Shown: in pieces, positions 18,301 to 25,976 of the stretch
How the letters are laid out: the number at the start of each line of letters is the position of its first letter
How positions within the stretch are numbered: position 1 is the first letter of the stretch
Source of the DNA: Candidatus Aphodovivens avicola
GTDB taxonomy: Bacteria; Actinomycetota; Coriobacteriia; Coriobacteriales; Eggerthellaceae
Assembly (NCBI GenBank): GCA_018712515.1
Contig: DVGW01000050.1
Span: 1,119-65,118, forward strand
Length of the DNA stretch: 64,000 bases
Reading direction: 5' to 3'
Made by a program: the position numbers and the translations under genes
Notes under the pieces: generated by a model
What the model saw: the letters and a program-made list of their open reading frames with translations, nothing else
What the model was told of the DNA's origin: nothing
Databases searched by the model: none

Positions 18301-21300
18301 AGGCGCACGCCGATGTCCGCTGGCCCGATGTCGGGCGGCAGGGCGGCGCGCAGCGCCTCGGCGTTGCCCGCGAAGGCGGGATCCGCGGCGGCCGCGGCCT
18401 CGGCGACGCGCAGCTTCGCGCGTACGTTGCCGGACAGGTACTCGTCGGCGGGCTGCCATTCGGGCTCCCCCGGGGCGGCGTCAGGCGCGCGAAATATCTG
18501 GCCTGCGAGCCCCGCAGCCACCTCGTCCTCCGAGACCCCCGTGAGCCGCGCCATATAGGGCAGGTCGACCTTCCCTCTCTCCGACAGGGACGCCGCCAGC
18601 GCCTCCTGGGGCGTGTCCGCGCTCTCCACGGGCACGTTCGGCCTGATGGTTCTCTTCCGCAGGATGTCGGCCTTCCTGAGGAGGCCGCCGTCCTCGTCGA
18701 GCACCTCGAGCGCGCACAGCAGCGGGTAGGATGAGTCCTGCTTGAAGGCCGCCGCGTTCGCGCGGGAGCTCAGAAGGCCGTGCTTCGCGGTGTAGGCGTC
18801 GTAGAGGCCGTTCAGACGGGCGCGCGCCTCCTCTATCTCGGACTCCGGGGCGTCGTCGCTCTCGAGCCCGATGAGGCGCCGCGCGCAGTCGCGAACGCCC
18901 ATCATGCCGCGGATCCTCTCGGCGGCCGTCTTCGAGGGCGTCTGGGGATGCATGCGCGTCCCCATGCGGAAGTAGACGGTGCCGCCCTCCTCCGCATACG
19001 ACCAGTCGCGCACGCGCGGGTCGGCGGGGACCGAGCCGTCCGAGGGGGCCGGCTCGGGCACGGCGAGGGTTGGTATGCTGGCCGCTATCCTGCCGAGGGC
19101 TTCGCGCAAATCGGCCTCTAGGTCGCTCCCTGGCCTCTCCCGGCATTCGACGTCGGCCCTGCCGTAGGCGTTTCTCGTCGCGGCGAGCTCGCCCAGGACC
19201 ATCTCGGGATGGGAGACGAAGTAGGAGCTCACCTCCACGCCCGTCTCGGTGCGCTCTGTGTGCACCCACTCCGGATCGCAGGCCTCGGGCCTCGCGCGCT
19301 TCTGCATCACCACCACGTCCGCGGTGACTTCGGTGTGCGGGGCGAACGCCGTGCTCGGCAGGCGCACCGCGCCCAGGAGCTCGGCCCTTTCCGCAAGCCT
19401 CCTGCGGGCGGTGCCGCTCTTCTTGTCCAGAGTGCCCTTCGAGGTGACGAACGCCACCACGCCGCCCGGCCTCACCAGGTCGAGCGCGCGGGCGAAGAAG
19501 TTGTCGTGGACGAGCAGCCCCTCGCCCCTGTGGCGCGGGTCGTCCACCTGGTAGCTCCCGAAGGGGACGTTGCCGACCGCCACGTCGAACGAGTCGTCCG
19601 CAAGGTCGGCGCCCTCGAACCCGCAGTTGCGGATGTCGGAGCCGGGGTTGAGCGCTCGGGCGATGCGCGCGGTGAGGGGGTCGAGCTCCACGCCGACGAG
19701 CCGGCTTCCCGCGAGCGATTCCGGCATGCCCCTGAAGAACGCCCCCGTGCCGCACGACGGCTCGAGCACGCTGCCCCCCGCGAAGCCCATGGCCTCTATC
19801 GCCTCCCATATCGGGCGGACGATTCCGGGCGGCGTGTAGAAGGCGGTGAGGGTGGACGCCCTCGCGGCGGACCACTCCTCGCCGGTCAGCAGCGCCCTCA
19901 GCCGTTCGCGTTCGGCCGGCCATTTGGTCGACGATTCGTCGAACACGTCGGCGAGGCCGCCCCATCCGACGTAGCCCGCGAGCGCCGCGAGCTCCCCCGG
20001 GCCGGCGTCTCCGCCCCCTTCCTCGACGCGCAGAAGGGTCTCGATGGCGAGGATGTTTGCGCGCAGGCGCTCGAGCGGAGGCTCGCGCCGTCGGTTGGCG
20101 GCGCGGTCGGCCTCCGGGAAGAGGATGGGGAGCTGTCCCTGCTCGGCGGGTTTCTGCCCTGGAACGGGGGAAGCGGGCGAACCGCCCGCTTCCCCCGTTG
20201 CCCTTTCGCTGCCGCCCGCCGACGGCGGTTCCTGTCCTAGGCGAAGACCAGCTCGCGGATCGCCGTCGAGCGCGCCTCCTCCCGGATCGCGCCCATCTTC
20301 GCCGCCCAGCCCATCGGGTCGGCCGACTTCATGGCCTCGTCCACTCCCTGGCTCGCCGCCATGCGCGCCGTCAGGTCGTCCGCCATCTCCTGCGCCAGCC
20401 TCTCCGTCTCGGCCAGATGGCTCGTCAGCGCCCCGTCGGCCAGCAGGCTCGCCCGGAGGGCCGGTTTGCGTGCCTTCAGGTGCTCGTCTCTCATCGCCGC
20501 GAACGGACCCAGGGCCGCCTGGCTCTCCTCCGTCGTCAGGCGCGGGACCGTCGTTCCGTCCCTCTCCTCGTAGGAAAGCTTCATCCTCGCTCCTTTCTGC
20601 CGGTTCAGGATTCGGATTATCCCCGGAGGGCGCATCCGGCGCAAATGTGCGATTCGCGCGGGGGCCGCGTGCGGCGGCGAGCTCCCGCAGCGCCGTTTCG
20701 GCGGCGTCCGACACGGCGCACCCCAGGACGCTCATCGAGTGCGTCGTGTCGAACAGGCGGAGCGCGCCTTCCATGCGAGGAGATGCGGGGAGGATCCCCT
20801 CCAGGCCGCACCTCGCCGCTATCTCGTACCCCGCCGACGCCGCAGCCAGCTCCATGAACAGGGCCTCGGCCTCGGAGGACGGCAGCCCCTCGAGTCCGCT
20901 GCCCCTGCGCGCCTCCCCAAGGGACTCGAGGTGCGGCGCGGCGGCCGGCTCCAGGATGGCCGCCGCGGCATCGAGGATGGCCCCGGCGGCCCCCGATCCG
21001 CTCCCGGTGCCGAACGCGCTTCGAAGCGCCTCCTCGATGGCGGGCTCGTCTTCCGGCCCGGGGCTCCAGAGGTTCAGGGGCCGGGCGCCTTCGCCGGCGG
21101 CCGTGTCCGACACGTCGAAGTAGTAGCGCAGCTTGCCCGTGCCCGGCTCTCCGAAGACCGCGATGCCCACGGAGCCCCGCCGCACCCTGCGGCCGAACAC
21201 CTTGTTCCATCGCTCCAGCTCGAGCACCGCGACCGCATCGGGCCTCTGCGCGTAGACGAGGACCTGTTCGGGGAAGGTCAGCTTGTAGTTGCGGCCCGCC

Positions 21301-21395
21301 GATGCCAGGAAGGCCCTCCACTCCTCGGGGCTCGCGCTCAAGCTGGAGAGCGTTTCGCGGTACAGCTCTTGGATGGTCGGATACGTGCTCGCCAA
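15363..21395 (-). CDS. Polyvalent protein: ArdC-N-like domain, N6-adenine DNA methyltransferase and SNF2/DEAH helicase (DarB-like anti-restriction type)
   Basis: Uninterrupted ORF. Best start is TTG 21395 (RBS GAAGGAGG, 7-nt spacer). N-terminus FPEQVLVYAQRPDAVAV..WNKVFGRRVRRG. Methyltransferase motifs LEPSCGTGAFF and VGNVPFG. Helicase motifs HEVGAGKTF and FVDEAHYYKN plus C-terminal helicase motifs. The N-terminal boundary is uncertain because tnpV is nested in it. Confidence 0.8.
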   Translation of the reverse strand: MASTYPTIQELYRETLSSLSASPEEWRAFLASAGRNYKLTFPEQVLVYAQRPDAVAVLELERWNKVFGRRVRRGSVGIAVFGEPGTGKLRYYFDVSDTAAGEGARPLNLWSPGPEDEPAIEEALRSAFGTGSGSGAAGAILDAAAAILEPAAAPHLESLGEARRGSGLEGLPSSEAEALFMELAAASAGYEIAARCGLEGILPASPRMEGALRLFDTTHSMSVLGCAVSDAAETALRELAAARGPRANRTFAPDAPSGDNPNPEPAERSEDEAFLRGEGRNDGPAPDDGGEPGGPGSVRGDERRAPEGTQTGPPGEPAGRRGADEPSGRDGEAGAGDGGRPDGAHGGEPGSGRGHEVGRPDGLGGEDGRDPGGGALDGDPRAGLRLGQEPPSAGGSERATGEAGGSPASPVPGQKPAEQGQLPILFPEADRAANRRREPPLERLRANILAIETLLRVEEGGGDAGPGELAALAGYVGWGGLADVFDESSTKWPAERERLRALLTGEEWSAARASTLTAFYTPPGIVRPIWEAIEAMGFAGGSVLEPSCGTGAFFRGMPESLAGSRLVGVELDPLTARIARALNPGSDIRNCGFEGADLADDSFDVAVGNVPFGSYQVDDPRHRGEGLLVHDNFFARALDLVRPGGVVAFVTSKGTLDKKSGTARRRLAERAELLGAVRLPSTAFAPHTEVTADVVVMQKRARPEACDPEWVHTERTETGVEVSSYFVSHPEMVLGELAATRNAYGRADVECRERPGSDLEADLREALGRIAASIPTLAVPEPAPSDGSVPADPRVRDWSYAEEGGTVYFRMGTRMHPQTPSKTAAERIRGMMGVRDCARRLIGLESDDAPESEIEEARARLNGLYDAYTAKHGLLSSRANAAAFKQDSSYPLLCALEVLDEDGGLLRKADILRKRTIRPNVPVESADTPQEALAASLSERGKVDLPYMARLTGVSEDEVAAGLAGQIFRAPDAAPGEPEWQPADEYLSGNVRAKLRVAEAAAAADPAFAGNAEALRAALPPDIGPADIGVRLGATWIPPDDVRDFIIELLEPPYWVRERIAVRYSAVTAQWRIEGKGRDGSNVRALSTYGTRRMSAYQIIEETLNLKDARVVDYTEDENGRKKAVLNRKETAVALAKQDAIKSAFKEWVFSDAARRERLTAVYNERFNSTRPREFDGSHLRFPGMNPEIELRPHQRNAVARILYGGNALLAHEVGAGKTFTMAAAAMELRRMGLCSKPTFVVPNHLTGQWASEWMRLYPAANLLVATKRDFERQNRKRFCARIASGDWDGVIIGHTQFEKIPVSVDRQRAFIEEQIAEIADGISDLKAQRGERFGVKQMEATKKRLEARLAKLADQSDKDDVLTFEELGVDRIFVDEAHYYKNLFFHTKMRNVGGIAQSEAKKSSDLFMKCRILDRQTGGRGTVFATGTPVSNSMAELYTMQRYLQYGELERLGLSHFDCWASTFGETVTALELAPEGTGYRQKTRFSRFYNLPELMATFKQVADVQTADMLELPVPRVRLRSVAVQPSPIQRELVAGLAERADAVRAGRVPAEKDNMLLITNDGRKIALDQRLQDPDLPDFAGSKVNACVENVLRIWRDGANERLTQLVFCDLSTPKGGAGFSVYDDLRRKLVERGVPDDEIAFIHDADTEAKKLALFGRVNSGAVRILMGSTQKMGAGTNVQRRLVAIHDLDCPWRPADLQQRLGRIERQGNMNEEVEAYRYVTEGTFDAYLYQVVEGKQRFIGQVMTSKSPVRSASDVDEAALSYAELKALATGNPLIKERMDLEVEVSRLRVLKADHLAQRYALEDKAAREYPERIAALASQAEKLEADAERARANPPPAKEAFLMEVRGTVQSGRAAAGEAIIAACGLAADARSEPLGAYRGFSLELYFNRVDAAFEVVIVGDARHRCAMGSDPSGIVTRIDNAMARIPRELEDCRAKADEARRQLAAAREEASKPFPHEERLREKSARLAELDALLDMGKGGPELLCDGGEDGRPVEKELLMER
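20166..20196 (-). other. Perfect 14-bp stem, 3-nt loop hairpin just downstream of the tnpV stop, inside the polyvalent ORF
   Basis: GGGGGAAGCGGGCG-aac-CGCCCGCTTCCCCC, read directly. Confidence 0.6.
20237..20584 (-). CDS. tnpV: TnpV-like protein
   Basis: 115 aa from ATG 20584 (RBS AAAGGAG, 5-nt spacer). MKLSYEE...LGPFAAMRDEHLKARKPAL...LLADGALTSHLAETERLAQEM...MAASQGVDE...DPMGWAAKMGAIREEA...ELVFA follows the TnpV family pattern. It lies in a different frame of the same strand as the polyvalent ORF. Confidence 0.75.
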   Translation of the reverse strand: MKLSYEERDGTTVPRLTTEESQAALGPFAAMRDEHLKARKPALRASLLADGALTSHLAETERLAQEMADDLTARMAASQGVDEAMKSADPMGWAAKMGAIREEARSTAIRELVFA

Positions 21396-21495
21396 TGCGC
21401 CGCCTCCTTCGGGTGCGTTTGTTCGGTTCGCAGGGATGCCCCGCCTTGCCGCTCGGGGTAGAATCCGGGAGCCCGCCGTTCCGAGGGAGGTTCCC

Positions 21496-21627
21496 ATGAG
21501 GTTGAAGCTCGTTTTGAAGGTTCTCGTCGCCGTGGTCGCGGTCGCGCTGGCGGCCTACGTCTGTCTCGTCGCGTTCGGGGTGTACACCGCGCTCGACAGC
21601 GCCACGGCGGGATACTCCGCCCGCTAA
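21496..21627 (+). CDS. Small hydrophobic peptide, 43 aa (candidate)
   Basis: RBS GGGAGG 5 nt before ATG 21496. MRLKLVLKVLVAVVAVALAAYVCLVAFGVY is a single TM helix. It is antisense to the leader of the polyvalent gene. Confidence 0.35.
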   Translation: MRLKLVLKVLVAVVAVALAAYVCLVAFGVYTALDSATAGYSAR

Positions 21628-21673
21628 CGGGCTATGTAAGGAGCGGGGGGACCCGCTCCCGGCTTGCGATGGG

Positions 21674-23962
21674 CTAGCGCTCCTCGCCGCCTTCGGTGCC
21701 TTCGAGGTACTCCTCGTCCTTCTTGCGTGCGCGCCTCATGGCGATCGCCAGGCATCCGAGGCCCGCCGCCGCCACGACCGCGGTCGCCGCCGCGAGCGGC
21801 GCGAGGTCCACGCCGGTCTTGTCGAACGGCTCGCCCTTGCCTTCGGGGACTGCGGAGGCGGCGTCCGCCATGGATACCGTCTGCACTTCGCCGACGGACC
21901 CGATTTCGAACTCGATGTCAGCCGCCAGGTCGTAGCCCTCGGGCGCGCTGGCCTCGTGCAGGGTGTACGAGCCAGGCTCGAGCTTCTCGATGCGGTGGGG
22001 CTCATCCCCAGACACCCATTCGGCCACGACGTTCCCGCTCTCGTCGAGCAGCTGCATGGACGCGCCGAGCAGGAGGTCTCCCGTGCCGGCGTCGATCTTC
22101 TCGAAATCGACCTTCGTATAATCGTCCTCCATGGTCACCTTCTGGGCGACCTGGCCCGACACGACCTCGAACTCGACGTCGTTCGCCACCAGGTAGCCCT
22201 CCGGGGCGATTTCCTCGTGCAGGGTGTAGGAGCCCTCGTCGAGCACGATCTCATGGGGTTCGTCCGAGGAGACCCACTCCTCGACCACGTTGCCGCCGGG
22301 GTCGATCACCTGGAGCGTGGCGCCCGGAAGCTCCTCGCCCGTGGCTATGTCCGTCTTGGAGAGGGACACGTGCGGCTTGTCCGCGTTCGTGAGAGTGCCC
22401 AGGTCGACGGTCGCGCCGTCGCGGTACACGCTCACCTCGAAGGCGGGGATGAGCTCTCGGTCGGAGTTGGCCTCGCAGGGCTGCTCCTCAACGATATAGG
22501 TATCGTAGGGCAGCGCTCCCAGTCCGTCGTCGGGGTCGCCCCCGCCGAACCAAACGCCCGATTCGGAGGTGCCGCCGTTGGTGTCGGCGGTGTGGGGGTT
22601 CCACGATGCCGCCGTGGAGGCATATCCGTTCGAATCCGTGACGATGACGTGGCTCTCTCCCGTGGCGGCGCTCGTGATGGAGAACGGGATGCCCGCCATG
22701 CGGGCCTGGTCGCCCTCGCTCACTTTCACGAGCTCGAGGTCGCCGCGGACCACCTGCTCGGTGAGCTCGTCGGCCACCTCGTACTCGAAAACCGCCGATT
22801 CGCTGCCCGCCATGTCCGCCGTGACGGTGATCTCGTGGGCCTGCGGGTCGGGAAGGTAGCCCTCAGGGGCCTTCGTCTCCTTGATGGTGACGGTTCCGAG
22901 CGGGATGCCCTCGAACACGAGCTCGGAGTTCTCCACGACGCCTGCGACGGTCACTTGCTCCCCGCCGTAGAGGTACGTCGCCTCGTATTCCGCGCCGTCG
23001 AGGGACGCGCCGCCTTGGGGATCGGGCAGCAGGGTCTCAGCGTCCTTCTTGACGAGCGTGAGGTCCACCGTCACGGGCGCGTCGGCCGCGTCGACGTGTG
23101 CGTCCTCGCCCGATATCGTCACGGCGAACTCCTCTTGGGAAAGGGCGTAGCCGTCGGGGGCGCTGATCTCGCGGACGGTGTAGTCGCCGCTGGGCAGCTT
23201 CTCGGAGGTCTGCCCGTGCCCCGCCTCGTCGGTGGTGAACTGGGCGACAAGCTCGCCGCCCTGGTACACGCCGTACACCGCCCCCGCGAGGGTGTATTCC
23301 TCGTTGCCGTCCGTCACGGCGACGTCTGCGCTGGTCTTGTCGAGCGTGATGTGGCCGCCTTCGGAAAGCCCGCGGTACACGACGAAGCTGGCATACGCCT
23401 TCCCATGGCCGCCGTTGATGCCCCACATGTAGTCGAACCGGCAGTTGCCCGTCCCGAATCCCTCGTACCAGGCGTGGTACACGGTTGCGCCCTCCCCAGC
23501 GATTGCGCAGTGGACGGTCGCCCCGGACGAGTTAGAGAACACGATCACGTCTCCGGGCTTCACCGTCCCCGCGTCGAAGGCGGAGTTGTAGTCGCCTGCG
23601 GACGAGCCTCGGAACACCTCGTGGGACCCGCAGAACTGGGCGATGGCGTCCGTTCCGCAGTTGCCGGGGCTTCCTCCAGGCCATCCCAGCCCGTACACGT
23701 TGGCGATGACCCATCCCACGAAGCCCGAGCAGTCCCAGCCCGACGTGTCCTTCCCGCCCCAAACGTAGGGCGTGCCCATCAGGCCCTCTATCTCTCCTTT
23801 CACCTCCTCCCAGGTTGCGTCGCTGAGCGATTCGTCGGCCGCGTATGCGACGTCCGCGCGGGACGAGAACCCCGCGAAGACCGCGGTTGCGACGAGGATG
23901 GCCGCGAGCATGCAGCGGAGGACCCTGCCCGCCGCCCGGTCGTTCGTCGTCTGTGCTTTCAT
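21674..23962 (-). CDS. Cell-wall-anchored NlpC/P60 peptidoglycan hydrolase with SpaA/Cna-B-type repeats
   Basis: Trimmed to ATG 23962 (RBS AAGGAG). Signal peptide. Catalytic GWDCSGFVGW. At least four repeats of the Y-T-L-x-E-x-x-AP-x-GY type. C-terminal FDKTG, hydrophobic helix and RRARKK sorting signal. Confidence 0.85.
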   Translation of the reverse strand: MKAQTTNDRAAGRVLRCMLAAILVATAVFAGFSSRADVAYAADESLSDATWEEVKGEIEGLMGTPYVWGGKDTSGWDCSGFVGWVIANVYGLGWPGGSPGNCGTDAIAQFCGSHEVFRGSSAGDYNSAFDAGTVKPGDVIVFSNSSGATVHCAIAGEGATVYHAWYEGFGTGNCRFDYMWGINGGHGKAYASFVVYRGLSEGGHITLDKTSADVAVTDGNEEYTLAGAVYGVYQGGELVAQFTTDEAGHGQTSEKLPSGDYTVREISAPDGYALSQEEFAVTISGEDAHVDAADAPVTVDLTLVKKDAETLLPDPQGGASLDGAEYEATYLYGGEQVTVAGVVENSELVFEGIPLGTVTIKETKAPEGYLPDPQAHEITVTADMAGSESAVFEYEVADELTEQVVRGDLELVKVSEGDQARMAGIPFSITSAATGESHVIVTDSNGYASTAASWNPHTADTNGGTSESGVWFGGGDPDDGLGALPYDTYIVEEQPCEANSDRELIPAFEVSVYRDGATVDLGTLTNADKPHVSLSKTDIATGEELPGATLQVIDPGGNVVEEWVSSDEPHEIVLDEGSYTLHEEIAPEGYLVANDVEFEVVSGQVAQKVTMEDDYTKVDFEKIDAGTGDLLLGASMQLLDESGNVVAEWVSGDEPHRIEKLEPGSYTLHEASAPEGYDLAADIEFEIGSVGEVQTVSMADAASAVPEGKGEPFDKTGVDLAPLAAATAVVAAAGLGCLAIAMRRARKKDEEYLEGTEGGEER

Positions 23963-24048
23963 GCGTTTCTCCTTGCGTTGTCGGTTGGCGCTGCGTGTTG
24001 GATGCTCTGCTTCGCCTACATCTCTGACCTCCCTTCTCCCGGCGCCCG

Positions 24049-24834
24049 TCAGCTTTCCGAAGGCTGGGCGTACACGAGGGTCCGCTCGTTGGCGTACGTC
24101 GTGTACGAGCAGGTGACGAAAACGAAGAGCTGGGACGCCTTGTCGTTGTTCGCGATTTGGACGTCGCATTCCGAGAACCGCTGCTCGTACCAGGCGCGCA
24201 TCTCTTCGGGCGACGAGAAGTCGGTTCGTTTGAGGGCGGAGGACCCGTCCACCACATCGGCGGCGGACACCTCGAGCTCCACCACTCCCTGGAGGGTGGC
24301 GAGCGTGATGGTCGGATGGGAACGTGCGAACGCCTCGTCGGAGTAGCGGGCGAAGTCGGCGAACACAGTCGTGGCCCCGAAGCCCATGTTGTGGCCGAAC
24401 ACCACCGTGCATGCCCCCTCGAATCCGTCGCACGCCGCGTCTACGTAGGGGCATCCGTACGGGTTCCACGAGCGGTAGGCGTCGTGGTCGAGGTAGTACG
24501 TGGGATCGTCGTCCGGGGCCTGCGCCACGGCGTAGTCGATGGCGGTTCCGTCCACGCTGACCCAGCCGATGATGTCGGGGTTGGCGCTGCGCCAGTACTC
24601 CCAGTCGACTGCATCGGGCTCTTCGTCCGCACCCGCCGAAGAACCAGCCCCTTCTCCTGCTGCGGCCAGGGTTTCGTCGGGTTGCCCTCTGGGGTTCGGA
24701 ACAACGGACGAGGCGCTTCCGCCCGCCAATGCCAGGAACGCCGCCATGCCCCCGCAGAGCACGAGGAGCGCGAGTCCGACTGCGAGCCAGCACGCCGCGC
24801 GCCTCTTCGGTTTCCTACGCTCTCGGTTCGTCAT
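24049..24834 (-). CDS. srtB: Class B sortase
   Basis: Trimmed to ATG 24834 (RBS GGAGGA). TM anchor, IIGWVSVDGTAIDYAV, FGHNM, catalytic TCSY. Confidence 0.85.
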   Translation of the reverse strand: MTNRERRKPKRRAACWLAVGLALLVLCGGMAAFLALAGGSASSVVPNPRGQPDETLAAAGEGAGSSAGADEEPDAVDWEYWRSANPDIIGWVSVDGTAIDYAVAQAPDDDPTYYLDHDAYRSWNPYGCPYVDAACDGFEGACTVVFGHNMGFGATTVFADFARYSDEAFARSHPTITLATLQGVVELEVSAADVVDGSSALKRTDFSSPEEMRAWYEQRFSECDVQIANNDKASQLFVFVTCSYTTYANERTLVYAQPSES

Positions 24835-24844
24835 TTTTCCTCCG

Positions 24845-24877
24845 GAAAACGGGGAAGCGGCTCCGCGAGCCGCTTCC
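24845..24877 (-). terminator. Hairpin plus T-tract between parB and srtB
   Basis: GGAAGCGGCTC-cgc-GAGCCGCTTCC (24853-24877), followed on the minus strand by CCGTTTTCC and then the srtB RBS. Confidence 0.5.
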
Positions 24878-25034
24878 TTGGTTCCAACTCTGTTCTGTGG
24901 CTTTTCTTCCGTGGGGCTACCCATCCTTTCTTCGGCTGGTAATCCTCGCGGGAAGGGGGTGGGGTGTGGGGAGGGGGGAACCCAGGGCGCACTGCCGCCG
25001 GGAGGCGGCCGGGGAGCCCCCTGAATCTGCGATT

Positions 25035-25976
25035 TCATCGGTCAAGGCCGCGTTTCCTTTCCTGCCTCTCCAGCAGCTCCAACCCCCTCACAATCCGCTC
25101 CTCGATCGTCTCGCGCGATGCGTCAGGCTTGAAGAAGCGCGCTATCTTGCTTCTGGGCATTCGGAAATGCGCGGTCTGGTTGGGCTTGCTCTCCTCCATG
25201 ATGGACCGAATGAGGGCGGGAGTGAGGGCGCCCTCCTCCGCGCAGCGCCTCATTCTGATCGCCTGCGCATGAGACGGAGTGCTCACCTGCTCCTCAATGG
25301 CTCGGTAAAGGGAAAGCTGCTCCGGCTTGGAGAGATAGCTGATTTCCACGGCGGGCCTCATGCCGATCGACCCTTCGTCAACCATATCGAGCAGCTCGGG
25401 AAGCAGCTCGGTCAGGCGGATGTAGCGGCGAATCTGACTCGCGCTCTCCCCCGACTCCCTCGCCACGAGGTCCCGCGCCTTGGTTCCGCGCAACTTGTGT
25501 TCCGATGGAACACAAGTCAGGTCCGTGCGATGCCCCTGCCGCTTCAGAGCCTCGAGCTTCATCTTGTACGAGAACGCCTTTTCGCTCGGCAGGATCCGCT
25601 CGCGCTGCATGTTGGCATCGACCATCGCCACTATTGCCTCGTCGCGGGTCATCTGCCTGACCACCGCAGGCACCTCGGAAAGCCCGGCGCGCTCTGCGGC
25701 GCGCTTTCTCCTGTGCCCGCTCACCAGCTCGTAACGACCGTCCTCCTTCGGGCGAACCGTCAGCGGGGTGAGGATTCCGACCGAGGCGACGCTGGCGACG
25801 AGGTCGGCCATGTCGTCATCGTCTCTGACGTGGAAGGGATGGTCCGGAAAGGGGTCGATCAGGGAAAGGGGAATGTCCGTCACCTTCTCCCGCAGGGCAT
25901 CGTCCCTTTCTTCCTGGTCGGTGAACAGCTCATCTACAGACGGCAGATTGAAGGGTATCTCTCTCGCGCGGGGCAT
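25035..25976 (-). CDS. parB: ParB/Spo0J family partition protein
   Basis: ParB-N motif LVSGHRRKRAAERAG. ATG 25976 is preferred over TTG 25982 on RBS spacing. Confidence 0.85.
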   Translation of the reverse strand: MPRAREIPFNLPSVDELFTDQEERDDALREKVTDIPLSLIDPFPDHPFHVRDDDDMADLVASVASVGILTPLTVRPKEDGRYELVSGHRRKRAAERAGLSEVPAVVRQMTRDEAIVAMVDANMQRERILPSEKAFSYKMKLEALKRQGHRTDLTCVPSEHKLRGTKARDLVARESGESASQIRRYIRLTELLPELLDMVDEGSIGMRPAVEISYLSKPEQLSLYRAIEEQVSTPSHAQAIRMRRCAEEGALTPALIRSIMEESKPNQTAHFRMPRSKIARFFKPDASRETIEERIVRGLELLERQERKRGLDR

